Source: Nostoc sp. (GTDB lineage: Bacteria; Cyanobacteriota; Cyanobacteriia; Cyanobacteriales; Nostocaceae). From it: 64,000 bases of DNA. Both the position numbers and the translations under genes were made by a program. Below are positions 29,586-41,954 of this stretch, piece after piece; position 1 is the first letter of the stretch, and every line of letters begins with the position of its first letter. The notes under the pieces were generated by a model that saw only the letters and a program-made list of their open reading frames with translations, was not told where the DNA came from and made no database searches. The stretch lies in the NCBI GenBank assembly GCA_036918135.1, contig JBALDB010000015.1, positions 128,001-192,000 on the forward strand, in the 5' to 3' direction.

Positions 29586-29814
29586 AGCTTTTCTCAATCA
29601 GATTTTACATTTAGTTATGATGTTAAGTTCCGTAACTCCAGTATGATAAGGATATAAAGAAATGTAATGCTAACAGAAAAGATGCTAGATAGATCTTGGA
29701 ATACAGAAGTATGGCATCGTTGTAAGCGTTAGCATTTCGACTTAGACAAGAGTTGCTCAAGTGCAAATACTCCTGTCAAAATGCTTAACAAAATACACAA
29801 AGAGCGCGTAGATT

Positions 29815-30354
29815 ATGGCTCAATTTTCGGAATCAGCAGACGTGCCCGATATGGGGCGTCGTCAGTTCATGAATCTGCTCACTTTTGGGACTGTCACTGG
29901 AGTAGCTTTAGGTGCATTGTATCCCGTTGTCAAGTACTTTATTCCACCTGCTAGTGGTGGTGCTGGTGGTGGAAGCACAGCAAAAGACGAGTTGGGCAAC
30001 GATGTTAGTCTGAGCAAATTTCTGGAAAACCGTAATGCAGGCGATCGCACCTTAGTTCAAGGACTCAAGGGTGACCCTACCTATATTGTGGTAGAAAACA
30101 AAGAGGCGATCAAAGATTATGGCATCAACGCTATTTGTACCCACTTAGGTTGTGTCGTACCTTGGAACGGTGCTGAGAACAAATTTAAGTGTCCTTGTCA
30201 CGGTTCTCAGTATGACTCAACTGGTAAGGTTGTGCGTGGTCCAGCACCACTGTCTTTGGCTTTAGCCCACACCAACACCGCAGAAGACAAAATTGTCTTG
30301 AGTCCTTGGACTGAAACCGACTTCCGCACTGGCGATGCACCTTGGTGGGCTTAA
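29815..30354 (+). CDS. petC: Cytochrome b6-f Rieske iron-sulfur subunit
   Basis: Tat motif RRQFM; CTHLGC and CPCHGS. Confidence 0.97.
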   Translation: MAQFSESADVPDMGRRQFMNLLTFGTVTGVALGALYPVVKYFIPPASGGAGGGSTAKDELGNDVSLSKFLENRNAGDRTLVQGLKGDPTYIVVENKEAIKDYGINAICTHLGCVVPWNGAENKFKCPCHGSQYDSTGKVVRGPAPLSLALAHTNTAEDKIVLSPWTETDFRTGDAPWWA

Positions 30355-30391
30355 TAATTTTGTCCTTAGCCATTAGTCCTTAGTCCAAGAA

Positions 30392-30430
30392 CTAATGACT
30401 AATGACTAATGACTAATGACTAATGACTAA
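30392..30430 (+). repeat. STRR heptamer array (CTAATGA)n between petC and petA
   Basis: Five to six tandem units read directly. Confidence 0.85.
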
Positions 30431-30453
30431 TTCAATCATTGTCCTTAATTGAG

Positions 30454-31455
30454 ATGAGAAATGCTTCCATAACAGCGAGGTTAACTCGCAGTGCTAAAGC
30501 AATTGTCAAAACATTGCTCATAGCGATCGCTACGGTGACATTTTACTTCACCAGCGACCTAGCCCTTCCCCAATCCGCTGCTGCTTATCCCTTTTGGGCA
30601 CAGCAAACCTATCCTGAAAGTCCCCGCGAACCAACGGGGCGGATTGTTTGTGCCAACTGTCACCTAGCAGCTAAGCCGACAGAAGTTGAAGTTCCCCAAT
30701 CAGTGCTACCTGACACTGTATTCAAAGCTGTAGTGAAGATTCCCTACGATACCAGTGTGCAGCAGGTTGGTGCTGATGGTTCTAAAGTCGGCTTGAACGT
30801 CGGTGCTGTACTGATGCTGCCTGAAGGCTTTAAGATTGCTCCTGAAGACCGGATTTCTGAGGAACTTAAAGAAGAAGTCGGCGAAACATACTTCCAACCC
30901 TACAGCGAAGACAAAGAAAACGTTGTCATCGTCGGTCCTTTACCTGGCGAACAGTACCAAGAAATCGTCTTCCCAGTTCTTTCTCCCAACCCCGCAACCG
31001 ACAAAAATATCCACTTCGGTAAATATTCAGTTCACGTAGGTGGTAATCGCGGACGCGGACAAGTCGATCCTACTGGTCAAAAGAGCAACAACAACGTTTA
31101 CAATGCTTCCGCTACTGGCACAGTTACCAAAATTGCCAAAGAGGAAGATGAAGATGGTAACGTCAAATATCTAGTGAACATTCAACCTGAGTCTGGCGAT
31201 GTTGTTGTCGAAACAGTTCCCGCAGGTCCAGAATTGATTGTTTCTGAAGGACAAGCTGTTAAGTCTGGTGATGCTTTGACCAATAACCCCAACGTTGGTG
31301 GATTCGGTCAAAAAGATACAGAGATTGTATTGCAAGACGCCGGCAGAGTCAAAGGATTAATTGCATTCATCGCTCTTGTGATGATGGCTCAAGTTATGCT
31401 AGTGCTGAAGAAAAAGCAGGTTGAAAGAGTTCAAGCTGCTGAGATGAATTTCTAA
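30454..31455 (+). CDS. petA: Apocytochrome f
   Basis: YPFWAQQ mature N-terminus, CANCH heme motif, C-terminal TM and LKKKQVE. Confidence 0.97.
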   Translation: MRNASITARLTRSAKAIVKTLLIAIATVTFYFTSDLALPQSAAAYPFWAQQTYPESPREPTGRIVCANCHLAAKPTEVEVPQSVLPDTVFKAVVKIPYDTSVQQVGADGSKVGLNVGAVLMLPEGFKIAPEDRISEELKEEVGETYFQPYSEDKENVVIVGPLPGEQYQEIVFPVLSPNPATDKNIHFGKYSVHVGGNRGRGQVDPTGQKSNNNVYNASATGTVTKIAKEEDEDGNVKYLVNIQPESGDVVVETVPAGPELIVSEGQAVKSGDALTNNPNVGGFGQKDTEIVLQDAGRVKGLIAFIALVMMAQVMLVLKKKQVERVQAAEMNF

Positions 31456-31481
31456 ATTCTTTGCTAAATCATTCTTTCTCG

Positions 31482-31506
31482 GACAGGCAAAATGCCTGTC
31501 TTTTTT
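31482..31506 (+). terminator. Rho-independent terminator of petCA
   Basis: GACAGGCA-AAA-TGCCTGTC followed by a T-run. Confidence 0.8.
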
Positions 31507-31644
31507 ATGTGTTATAGTTCTAAGTCAATCTCACTGACTCTCAGCTTTATATGCAATTTGCTTTCAAAATATATGTACTTAATTAAAAATTATTATATTA
31601 ACTTATAATCTCTTTTTGCGGAATCTGTTATAGTTTAATTGTAA

Positions 31645-31664
31645 GTTATAACATTTGTTATAAC
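31645..31664. promoter_or_regulatory. Putative TA operator palindrome
   Basis: GTTATAAC-ATTT-GTTATAAC about 85 bp upstream of the antitoxin start. Confidence 0.5.
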
Positions 31665-31748
31665 AAAAATATAACTTTTCATATCAAATCTATGGTGTCT
31701 AGGTATTATATTTGAATATCTAACATCTTCCTAATTAGGAATTAGCTT

Positions 31749-32069
31749 ATGACTGTAAAAATTTATCCTATAACTCATGCAAAGGTAGGAAATCAAGATG
31801 GATTTCGTTTACCTCGCGCATTCTCTAGGGACTACCCTCATTTAGCTAATGCTTCAGGTCATATTGAAGTGCTATCTGATAACACGTTCTTGGTTAGATT
31901 AGAAACTGATAATGTTGATGAAGTTGATGAAGATGAGAGCATCATGATGAGCCTCTTTCTTGACTTTTTGATGAAGGATGCTATGCAAAATCCTTCTAAA
32001 CTCGTTCCTTATACCCAAGAAATGAGTGATGAAATGGATGATTTACTCGCTGATGTAGTTATAGATTAA
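31749..32069 (+). CDS. PrlF/SohA-like antitoxin (AbrB-type N-terminus)
   Basis: KVGNQDGFRLPRAF; acidic C-terminus FLDFLMKD...PSKLVPY...DDLLADV; TAATG coupling to the toxin. Confidence 0.75.
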   Translation: MTVKIYPITHAKVGNQDGFRLPRAFSRDYPHLANASGHIEVLSDNTFLVRLETDNVDEVDEDESIMMSLFLDFLMKDAMQNPSKLVPYTQEMSDEMDDLLADVVID

Positions 32070-32536
32070 TGGCTGCATTTACTTGTAATGGTTGGCAGAT
32101 TTTTTTCTACCCATTGTTTGTTAAACAATGGGTAGAATTGCGTAATAGGGTTCGTGTTTTAAAAAATGAGCTGCCTAAAGAAGAATTTATTATACATTCA
32201 GATGTCAAATTATTAAAAGTATTGAATATCAGTATTCAAGAAAAAATTCCTGAAGATCCTTTTGCTAGTCACTTTGTGTTGCAAAAACCTTTGCAAAAAT
32301 ATAGTCGCTTCAAAAAAATGGGACTACCTGAACGATATAGATTATTTTTTAGAGCATTCAAACAACAAAAAATTATTATTATTCTTTGGTTAGGTTTTCC
32401 TCAGAAGGAAGGTGATAAAAAAGATTGTTATCAAGTTTTTATAAAAAAAGTTGAAAATGGCGAGTTCCCTGAAAGTATTGATAATTTACTTGCAGAATGT
32501 GAATTAGAAAATTCTAATGATAAAAGTCAAGATTAG
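32069..32536 (+). CDS. YhaV-family toxin (type II TA)
   Basis: NGWQIFFYPLF, IPEDP, RYRLFFR, IIILWL and KEGDKKDCY motifs. Confidence 0.8.
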   Translation: MAAFTCNGWQIFFYPLFVKQWVELRNRVRVLKNELPKEEFIIHSDVKLLKVLNISIQEKIPEDPFASHFVLQKPLQKYSRFKKMGLPERYRLFFRAFKQQKIIIILWLGFPQKEGDKKDCYQVFIKKVENGEFPESIDNLLAECELENSNDKSQD

Positions 32537-32632
32537 AGAAAATTTAGAAGTTTTAATAATTTCACAGCCTCTTAATCATGGTGACAGGATTTTGAGCGAT
32601 ATTATTGAATCTAGCCCTAGTTGAGTTGAGGG

Positions 32633-33325
32633 ATGCCCATGACAGCCTCAGTAGAGTATATCCCTGTTACGCCAATTGAATATCCAGATGAGGACGGTAA
32701 GCCAATGGCTGAAGGTGATATCCAGTGCAGTTATTTGATTTATGCAAGAAGTGCGCTGCGAATTTATTTCCAAAATCACCCAGATGTATACGTAGCTGGT
32801 AATTTATTCATCTATTACGAAAAAGGTAATCCAGAATCAGTTGTCGCACCAGATGTATTTGTGGTGTTTGGAGTAGGAAATCGTGACCGAGGTTCTTACA
32901 AAACCTGGGAAGAAAATGATAAAACCCCAGATTTCGTTTTAGAGATTACCTCAAAAACCACCCGTACCAAAGACCAAGGTGCAAAGAAAGGAATCTACGC
33001 CTTTCTAGGGGTGCGTGAATATTTCCAGTACGATCCTACAGGCGATTATCTTAATCCTCAACTTCAAGGTTTACGCTTGGTCGAAAACAATTATTTTCTA
33101 GTGCCAACCAATAACTTATCAAATGGTATACTATCCTTACCTAGCGAAGTTTTAGGGCTGGAGTTGCGTTTAGAAGACGGAAAATTGCGTTTTTACAATC
33201 CAGCTACAGACCAAATACTTTTAACTCATGAAGAAGAAGTAGCTGTAAGACAAGCCACAGAAGAAAAGGCGCAAAAATTAGCTGCTAAACTCCGGGAATT
33301 AAATATTGATCCAGATAGCCTGTAA
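32633..33325 (+). CDS. Uma2 family endonuclease
   Basis: YPDEDGKPMAE, APDVFVV, PDFVLEITS and EYFQYDP motifs. Confidence 0.9.
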   Translation: MPMTASVEYIPVTPIEYPDEDGKPMAEGDIQCSYLIYARSALRIYFQNHPDVYVAGNLFIYYEKGNPESVVAPDVFVVFGVGNRDRGSYKTWEENDKTPDFVLEITSKTTRTKDQGAKKGIYAFLGVREYFQYDPTGDYLNPQLQGLRLVENNYFLVPTNNLSNGILSLPSEVLGLELRLEDGKLRFYNPATDQILLTHEEEVAVRQATEEKAQKLAAKLRELNIDPDSL

Positions 33326-33369
33326 CAGATATTAGGGTGGGTAAATAACACCTACCTACTCTTGCTTAC

Positions 33370-33585
33370 TTAACTTGGACAATACTTTAAAAGTTCTCCC
33401 TTTATGTTGCGCCTAATGATTTCCATCTGGGCTTGCATATCAGCTTCTGTTAAAGGCATAGGATACTTTGGATAATTGGGGTCACGTTTGCTCATCAAAA
33501 AACGTAGAGCTTCAATTTCTTCGCAGTTTTCCACTACATAAGCTCTCAACTGTTAAAAACTCATTTGCTCATAATTCGGGTTCAT
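33370..33585 (-). pseudogene. DUF6887-like gene with premature stop
   Basis: MNPNYEQMSF*QLRAYVVENCEEIEALRFLMSKRD...; TAA at 33553-33555; resembles the intact ORF at 51636. Confidence 0.65.
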
Positions 33586-33757
33586 TGACAAACTTCCATT
33601 CACCATTGGGATAAAATAATCTGAAGTTCATCCGCAGATAAAATGTAAACTTCTCAACTTCTGTCATCAAATCGAAATCAGTGGATATCTTTATACAGAA
33701 TTTGACAACATTTGACAAACCTGTACACAGCTTGAGGCTTGCTCTGTTATTGGTAAA
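33569..33757 (-). pseudogene. DUF6888-like gene, frameshifted with stops
   Basis: Pieces in different frames: EQASSCVQVCQMLSN / YKDIH*FRFDDRS*EVYILSADELQII / PNGEWKFV. Confidence 0.55.
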
Positions 33758-33784
33758 ATAAACGCTCTTCACTACATAATATAA

Positions 33785-33805
33785 GGTGGGCATTGCCCAC
33801 CCTAC
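33785..33805. repeat. REP-like palindrome GGTGGGCATTGCCCACCCTAC
   Basis: Palindrome with a CTAC (GTAG) foot; degenerate partner at 33333-33359. Confidence 0.65.
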
Positions 33806-33807
33806 TA

Positions 33808-35397
33808 CTACAACGGACGGTAGACACGATAGTTGATTTCAGGGAAGATATTATCCATTACTTCGACTTTATCGAGCCAACCGCTGTCAATTTTGCCAAT
33901 TTTTACTTCTTCGTAGAGCTTATTGAAGCGCATTAGGTGCGATCGCGTCCGTCTAACTGCATAGGGTACCATTGTTCCCGTCCGCATAATAAAAGCCCAG
34001 TCAGAAGATTGTGCTAATAATAATTCCCGCGCTGCTTGATTTAATCCTCGCCATTGCAATTCATCCTCTGGTTCCAGGTGGGATATTTCAATCATTCGCT
34101 CAGCAGCTTTGTGCAAATGCGGATAAATCCAGGCGTTGGTTTCGTTCAACCAATACTCATGGAAACCTTTAAAACCCCAACTTGATTGCGAAGGACGACA
34201 GACTTGCTGCACTGGATGCGATCGCAAATAATCTGCTAAGTGGGTCATGGCATAGGTTTTTTGGTCATACCACGACTTGCGGAATAGGTAATCAATGAAC
34301 CAAGGCCCTTCATACCACCAATGTCCAAATAACTCCGCGTCATAAGGCGAAACGATAATTGGCGGACGCTGCATTATACCATAGAGATGCTCAGATTGTC
34401 GCTCTCGGTTATACATAAAATTAGCGGCATGTTCTGCTGCCTTTTCCCGTGCCCAATAAGGGTCGTAAAGTGCCTTATCTGACAGCCCTAAGCCACGTCC
34501 AGTAATTTTATGATATTTAATGCCCGTGTTTTTTCGTTGACCATTGGGCATAATGTAGGGCTTGATGTAGTCATATTCTGCTTCCCAGCCCAAATCTTTG
34601 TAAAATTCTCGATATTCTGCGGCGCTAGGATAGCCAACTTCAGAAGACCATACTTGTTGAGACGATTCATGATCTCGACCAAAGGCAGCAACGCCAGTTT
34701 CGGTAAAAATCGGCGCATAAGTCCCAAAGCGCGGGCGAGGACGGGCGTAAAGGATACCATGTCCGTCGGTGAGGAAGTAGCGTAACCCAGCATCTGCTAG
34801 CATTCGCTCTACATCTTCATAGTAAGCACATTCCGGTAACCAAATACCCCTGGGTGCTTGTCCAAAAATTTGTTGGTAATGTTCGCAGGCTACTTGAATT
34901 TGCGCCCACACTGCTTGTGGATACATTTTCATTAACGGTAAGTAGCCGTGGGTAGCACCGCAAGTAATAATTTCCAGATTATTAGTGTCTTGGAACTGTT
35001 TAAAAGCTGTTACCAAGTCACCATCGTAGTGTTCCCATATTTGACGCGCTTCGTTAAATTCAGTGGCGTAATGTTCAGCTAAGTAGCGAATATGCCCATT
35101 ATGAACATTATGCTCGACTTCCAGTTGTATAAGTTCTTCTAATTTGGCTAAGTGGGCGTCATAGCGTTCTTGCAGCAGGGGGTCACGAAGCATCGACACT
35201 AAAGGTGGTGTCATACTCATCGTGATTTTAAAGTCGATACCGTCTCGCTTTAAGCCTTCAAATACTTTCAATAACGGGATGTAAGTTTCTGTAATGGCCT
35301 CATAGAGCCATTCTTCCTCAAGCACATAGTCACTTTCTGGGTGACGAACGAAGGGCAGATGTGCATGGAGGACAAGCGCGACATAGCCAATAGCCAT
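33808..35397 (-). CDS. Glycoside hydrolase family 57 protein (branching-enzyme type)
   Basis: HAHLP, ETYIP, GIWLPECAY, PYDAELFGHWWYEG and AQSSDW motifs. Confidence 0.92.
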   Translation of the reverse strand: MAIGYVALVLHAHLPFVRHPESDYVLEEEWLYEAITETYIPLLKVFEGLKRDGIDFKITMSMTPPLVSMLRDPLLQERYDAHLAKLEELIQLEVEHNVHNGHIRYLAEHYATEFNEARQIWEHYDGDLVTAFKQFQDTNNLEIITCGATHGYLPLMKMYPQAVWAQIQVACEHYQQIFGQAPRGIWLPECAYYEDVERMLADAGLRYFLTDGHGILYARPRPRFGTYAPIFTETGVAAFGRDHESSQQVWSSEVGYPSAAEYREFYKDLGWEAEYDYIKPYIMPNGQRKNTGIKYHKITGRGLGLSDKALYDPYWAREKAAEHAANFMYNRERQSEHLYGIMQRPPIIVSPYDAELFGHWWYEGPWFIDYLFRKSWYDQKTYAMTHLADYLRSHPVQQVCRPSQSSWGFKGFHEYWLNETNAWIYPHLHKAAERMIEISHLEPEDELQWRGLNQAARELLLAQSSDWAFIMRTGTMVPYAVRRTRSHLMRFNKLYEEVKIGKIDSGWLDKVEVMDNIFPEINYRVYRPL

Positions 35398-35867
35398 AGT
35401 GATTTTAGGTGGTACTTGTAAGTTGAAGGTGGAGGGGTTTGGTAGAAATTAACAATATTTTAAGACTTTATGGGGATGGTCAGGTAAGTTTATAGCAGTT
35501 TCCAATTTATTTAAAAACTTTATATTAATACTTTAGCCCGGTTCGGATTTTGGTTATGGTTGTTGATTAACTTGTTGCAGTAGAAAAAATCAGGTTTCTA
35601 AATTAAAATCCTTTTGTGACTTTTGTGCCTTGGTGGTTTAATAATTATTTTTAGCCAACAAAGCCCTCACCTTAGAGATAAATAAGCTACGCGCAGCCTC
35701 TAATAGAGAATTATTTTGACTTTTGGTTTGTCTGGGAAAGTAGATTTTGAAGAGCGATCGCCAGAATTATCCAAAAAAGCGTTGAACTCGAACGCCAAAA
35801 CCTGGTAACAGTGTTTGGTTCATAGCATTATATTTTCCATATCTAGTTGAGAAATAAAATTCTTTTT

Positions 35868-36607
35868 TTAGAATATTTGCTCAGGGTTAATACCTGCGGC
35901 TCGCAAACGTTGTACCAATATTTCAGCGCGTTGACGTTCTTGTTATAGTTGCTGGTTTGTTTGCTGTAACTGCTCATTTGCTTACTGTAACTGCTGGTTT
36001 GCTTCTTCCTCTGGCAACATCACCAACTGCTCATCTGGTGTAAAAAAGCGTAATTTACCAGATTCAACTCCTAAATACAGCCCTAACTGTTGACTCCATA
36101 ACCAGCTTTTGGCAGTAAGTTCAATTTCTTGATATTGCCCATCAACTAAGTGAAATCCTCGTAATTCCAAGTTATTTGGGTCAAACCAGAAATAATCTGG
36201 ACTCCGAAATGTATTTTGGTATATTTGCTTTTTCAAACCTTTATCAACCGAGGCTGTAAAATCAGATAACAGTTCTATAATCATGTTGGGATATTTGCCG
36301 TTTTCTTGCCACACAACCCAGCTTTTGCGGTCTTTTTTTTCTACATCTAAAACTACAAAGAAATCAGGGCCTCGAAATTCTTCTGACTTTTTTGGTTAGG
36401 ACTGAAATAAATAGTCAGGTTACCAGTAGCATAGAAATTTTTGCGATCGCGCCACCACCACTTAATCAAGCGGATGAGTAAATCGATTTGTTCGCGGTGT
36501 AAATCAGATTCCAAGGGGGGTTCGTCACTGTAGATATCGCCTGGTGGAAAAATTATACTCTCAGTGGCATCTTTTACACTAGGGGTGGTGGCAAGGGGCT
36601 GAGACAT
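35868..36607 (-). pseudogene. Uma2 family endonuclease pseudogene
   Basis: SDEPPLESDLH, a frameshift near 36390 before RGPDFFVV, and two in-frame TAA (35982, ~35943) in the Q-rich tail ending AGINPEQIF*. Confidence 0.8.
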
Positions 36608-36657
36608 ACAAGATAGGTTTTCTATTTGTATCTATGCTATCGTGAGGGCTTGTTCTG

Positions 36658-37748
36658 TTACTCTTCGTCTTGATATAGCTGTTGCAAATCCTGTAACTGA
36701 GTCTTCCGGGAAACACGGCGATATTTTTTAGTTTCTAACTTGGGTTCGTATTGACTTTGCCCTTTAGCTTTAGTTTTTAACTTGAGAGTGGATTCAGGAT
36801 CGGCTTGTTGATGAAGCTGTGTTTGACGAGCGATCGCTGCATCCAAAAATTCTAAATAATGTTCGTATCGTTCCCAGTCTCCCCGTACTGCACACTCAGG
36901 CTCATCTCGGTGCAGACAATCACTAAATCGACAGCTAGCAACTGCTAAGCGCTCTCTTGCTTCTGGAAAATAATGTACTAATTCTTCTGGGTTACAATCC
37001 ATGTCGGGCTGATTAAAACCCGGAGTATCTGCTAGCAAACCACCGCTAGGCAATTCAAATAATTCTACATGCCGGGTGGTATGACGACCACGAGCTAATT
37101 TGCCAGAAACCTCTCCTACTCGTAGGTTAGCATTGGGAATTAGCCTATTAATCAGGCTCGATTTGCCCACACCAGAAGGCCCAGCAATTACGGTAATTTT
37201 ATTACTTAAATAATTAGCTGGTTGGTAAATATTGATACCATTTTTGAGACTGATAAATAATGGTTGATAACCCCAACTACCTAAGCGATCGCTAAGAAGC
37301 TGTTGTTCGTGTTGTGAAATTAAATCACTTTTATTCAAACATAAAAGCACATCCAAGCCAGTAGACTCAGCCTTAACCAGAAACCGACTCAATTGATAAG
37401 GTTCCAAAGGCGGATCGGCGACAGCAAATACTAAGAGGATTTGGTTAACATTAGCGATCGCTGGACGGTCTAATTCGCTTTGGCGGGGTAAAACCTCAGC
37501 GATCGCTCCCCGTCCTCCAGCCCAATCTGGCTCTTCTACAACAACGCGATCGCCCACTATCACCTGTTGTCCGATTTTTTTCAACCGTGTTCTGCGAGTA
37601 CATAACAAGACAACGAGATCGGGGAGATTTTGCTCCTCCATTTCCCTCATCTCTCCCTGTTCTCGATCCAGTTGTACCCGATAAAAATTAGCCTGTACGG
37701 CCAGTACAGTACCCAATAACTGTCCGGTTGCGGCAAAACTTTCCGCGA

Positions 37749-37752
<4 letters not shown>
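36658..37752 (-). CDS. rsgA: Small ribosomal subunit biogenesis GTPase RsgA
   Basis: NKSDL, GPSGVGKSS, GRHTT, DTPG and CRFSDCLHRDEPEC motifs. Confidence 0.95.
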
Positions 37753-39184
<1,432 letters not shown>

Positions 39185-39696
39185 TTAAGGTTACTTGTAC
39201 CCTACAAAAAGGCGTTTTACCTACAAAGCGTCTTCAAGAGGGCCGCTTGTCGGAGAACAGGCAGAAGATAGAATTAACTTTTGTTAATAATTGATTTTAC
39301 CCTTTACCTTTTACAAAAATCACCGACAAACTTGAGCAACAGGTGCTTTCCTCGTGGGAAACGACAAAAGTTACAAACAGAGGAAACCTCTGCTCCGACT
39401 TCTTACCCCCGAGTTAACTGTCTCTTTTACAATTGTGCTACGTAGGAGAGGAAAACCCCGCCCATCAACCAGAGGGGCTAGCCGCACCATGAGGTGTGGA
39501 AAACCACCCATCTGCTTTGATCGCATCTCAACTAGCACACCTAGCCCAGAGTAATTTGCTTCTACAATTTAGCAAACTGCTGAGGTTTTGTAGAAACTTC
39601 GTTAAATTTAGCATCAATATATTTAGATATATTAAAGTGTTTTAAGAAAATCTCCAAATTGGGGATTAGGGGCACGAGTTCCCCGATCCCCAGTCC

Positions 39697-41655
39697 CTAA
39701 TCTATCGCTTCATAATCAGCTTGTGCGGTACTTTCTTCATCAAAATCAAAGTTGAATTGCGGTATGAGTGTGCCATTCATCGGCGAGTCTACTTCTGGAG
39801 TAAACAAACTCGTTGAAACCTCGTCAGTTTCACCTGTTTGGCTGTTCGCTCGGTTGTAGACATCAGCACCAATTGCAAACAGGGTTTGTTGGAAGTCATC
39901 TAAACGCTGCTTAAATTCTGCTGTGGAGATGCTGGAGTCAGTCATTGCAGCTTGGAGTTGTGCAACTTTTTCACTAGCTAAAGTTTTCATCCGATCGCCA
40001 ATAAAGTTGCCATTATCTTTAATCGTGGATTCGTAACTGAACAACAAATTATCTGCTTGGTTTCTAAGTTCAACCAGTTCTTTACGTCTTGTGTCTTCTT
40101 CAGCAAATAATTCCGCCTCTTGGCGCATCCGTTCGACTTCATTAGTACTCAAACCACCTGTATTGGTAATCCTGATACTTTGTTCTCTGCCTGTACCTTT
40201 GTCTTGGGCAGAAACCTTGAGGATGCCGTTGACATCAATTTCAAAAGATACTTCAATTTGCGGTACACCACGGGGTGATGGAGGAATTCCTGCCAAGAGG
40301 AACTTGCCGAGACTTTTGTTATCTCGTGCCATTGCGCGTTCCCCTTGAAGGACGTGAATTTCCACCGAGGTTTGTCCATCAACTGCGGTGGAAAATATTT
40401 GTGACTTACTAGTAGGAATTGTGGTGTTACGTTCAATGATTTTGGTGAACACTTCACCCAAGGTTTCAATTCCTAAAGACAAGGGAGTGACATCTAATAG
40501 CAACAGATTATCAACCTCGCCACCCAAAACCCCTGCTTGGATAGCAGCTCCTAGTGCTACAGCTTCGTCAGGATTGACAGAGCGATCGGGAGCTTTGCCA
40601 TTGAAAAACTTGATCAGCGCGTTTTGGACTGCGGGAATTCGGGTAGAACCACCTACCAAAATAATCCGATCTATGTTTTGTGGTTTGAGATCTGCGTCTT
40701 TGAGGGCTTGGATCATCGGTTCGATGGTAGCTTCGATTAATTGCCCTGAAAGTTCTTCAAATTTAGAGCGGCTCAGTTCCATCTCCAAATGCTTGGGGCC
40801 GGTATCATCAGCGGTGATAAACGGCAAGTTGATGGAGGTATTCACCATACTGGAGAGTTCAATCTTTGCCTTTTCCGCTGCTTCCCGCAGACGTTGGAGT
40901 GCCATCTTATCTTGGGAAAGGTCGATTTTTTCTTGTTGGAGGAAGCGTTCCATCATCCAACGCACGATCGCATTATCAAAGTCATCACCACCCAAATGGT
41001 TGTTACCACAAGTTGCTTTAACTTCAAAAACCCCATCCCCAAGTTGCAGAATTGACACGTCAAAAGTGCCTCCTCCCAAGTCGAAGACCAAAATTAACTG
41101 CTCTTGCTCTTGTTTATCTAATCCAAAAGCTAAAGCCGCAGCCGTTGGCTCATTGATAATTCGCAGGACTTCCAGTCCAGCAATCGTGCCAGCATCTTTA
41201 GTTGCTTGTCTTTGGGCATCTGTAAAATATGCTGGTACGGTAATCACTGCCTGAGTGACAGTTTCGCCCAAGAAGTTTTCCGCATCTTGCTTGAGCTTTT
41301 GCAGGATCATGGCAGATATTTCTTGTGGTGTGAAATTTTTTGAGCGAATTTGCACGTCAACAGTATCGTCTCGACCTTTGACGCAGTTGTAGGGTACGCG
41401 CTCGCGTTCTACTTCAGTGTCTTCCCAACGTCGACCGATGAATCGTTTAATACTATAAATTGTATTTTCTGCATTGGTTACGGCTTGGCGCTTTGCCAGT
41501 TGACCGACCAAGCGATCGCCACCCTTGCCAAATCCCACAATACTTGGAGTAGTTCGTCCACCTTCTGAATTGGAGATTACAAGTGGTTGACCGCCCTCCA
41601 AAACTGCGACGCAACTGTTAGTAGTGCCTAAGTCGATCCCAATAACTTTTCCCAT
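39697..41655 (-). CDS. dnaK: Molecular chaperone DnaK
   Basis: [20 protein letters not shown] and DLGGGTFD motifs. Confidence 0.97.
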   Translation of the reverse strand: MGKVIGIDLGTTNSCVAVLEGGQPLVISNSEGGRTTPSIVGFGKGGDRLVGQLAKRQAVTNAENTIYSIKRFIGRRWEDTEVERERVPYNCVKGRDDTVDVQIRSKNFTPQEISAMILQKLKQDAENFLGETVTQAVITVPAYFTDAQRQATKDAGTIAGLEVLRIINEPTAAALAFGLDKQEQEQLILVFDLGGGTFDVSILQLGDGVFEVKATCGNNHLGGDDFDNAIVRWMMERFLQQEKIDLSQDKMALQRLREAAEKAKIELSSMVNTSINLPFITADDTGPKHLEMELSRSKFEELSGQLIEATIEPMIQALKDADLKPQNIDRIILVGGSTRIPAVQNALIKFFNGKAPDRSVNPDEAVALGAAIQAGVLGGEVDNLLLLDVTPLSLGIETLGEVFTKIIERNTTIPTSKSQIFSTAVDGQTSVEIHVLQGERAMARDNKSLGKFLLAGIPPSPRGVPQIEVSFEIDVNGILKVSAQDKGTGREQSIRITNTGGLSTNEVERMRQEAELFAEEDTRRKELVELRNQADNLLFSYESTIKDNGNFIGDRMKTLASEKVAQLQAAMTDSSISTAEFKQRLDDFQQTLFAIGADVYNRANSQTGETDEVSTSLFTPEVDSPMNGTLIPQFNFDFDEESTAQADYEAID

Positions 41656-41954
41656 ATTTACCAGTATTTTTACTGAGTCTTTCTGCTGTAATTTCTCGCG
41701 GACTAACTTTTGTTGCGACAACCAAGGCTAGGGCAAACAACAGCATCTAGAAATGGGGAAATGGGAAATGGGAACAGGCATAGAGGCAGGGAGCAGGGGG
41801 CAAGGGGAAGAATAAAAAATTACCTTTTTCCCCTCTGCTCTCTACTCCCTGCTCCCCTGCTTCTTCATCCCCCTCATCTTCCCAATACTCAGTAACGATG
41901 CTCGCCCCTGCTAGAACCCAGGCACTTTTGGTCAGCGAGGCGAGCGATTACAGT

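Noticed and set aside
33569..33793. 74-aa ORF as an intact gene
   Set aside because: It starts inside a REP palindrome, and the recognisable coding signal is spread over different frames.
40388..41254. 288-aa ORF antisense to dnaK (and similar shadows on clpB, dnaJ, pilT and the WD40 gene)
   Set aside because: Antisense shadows of conserved genes, with no independent motifs.
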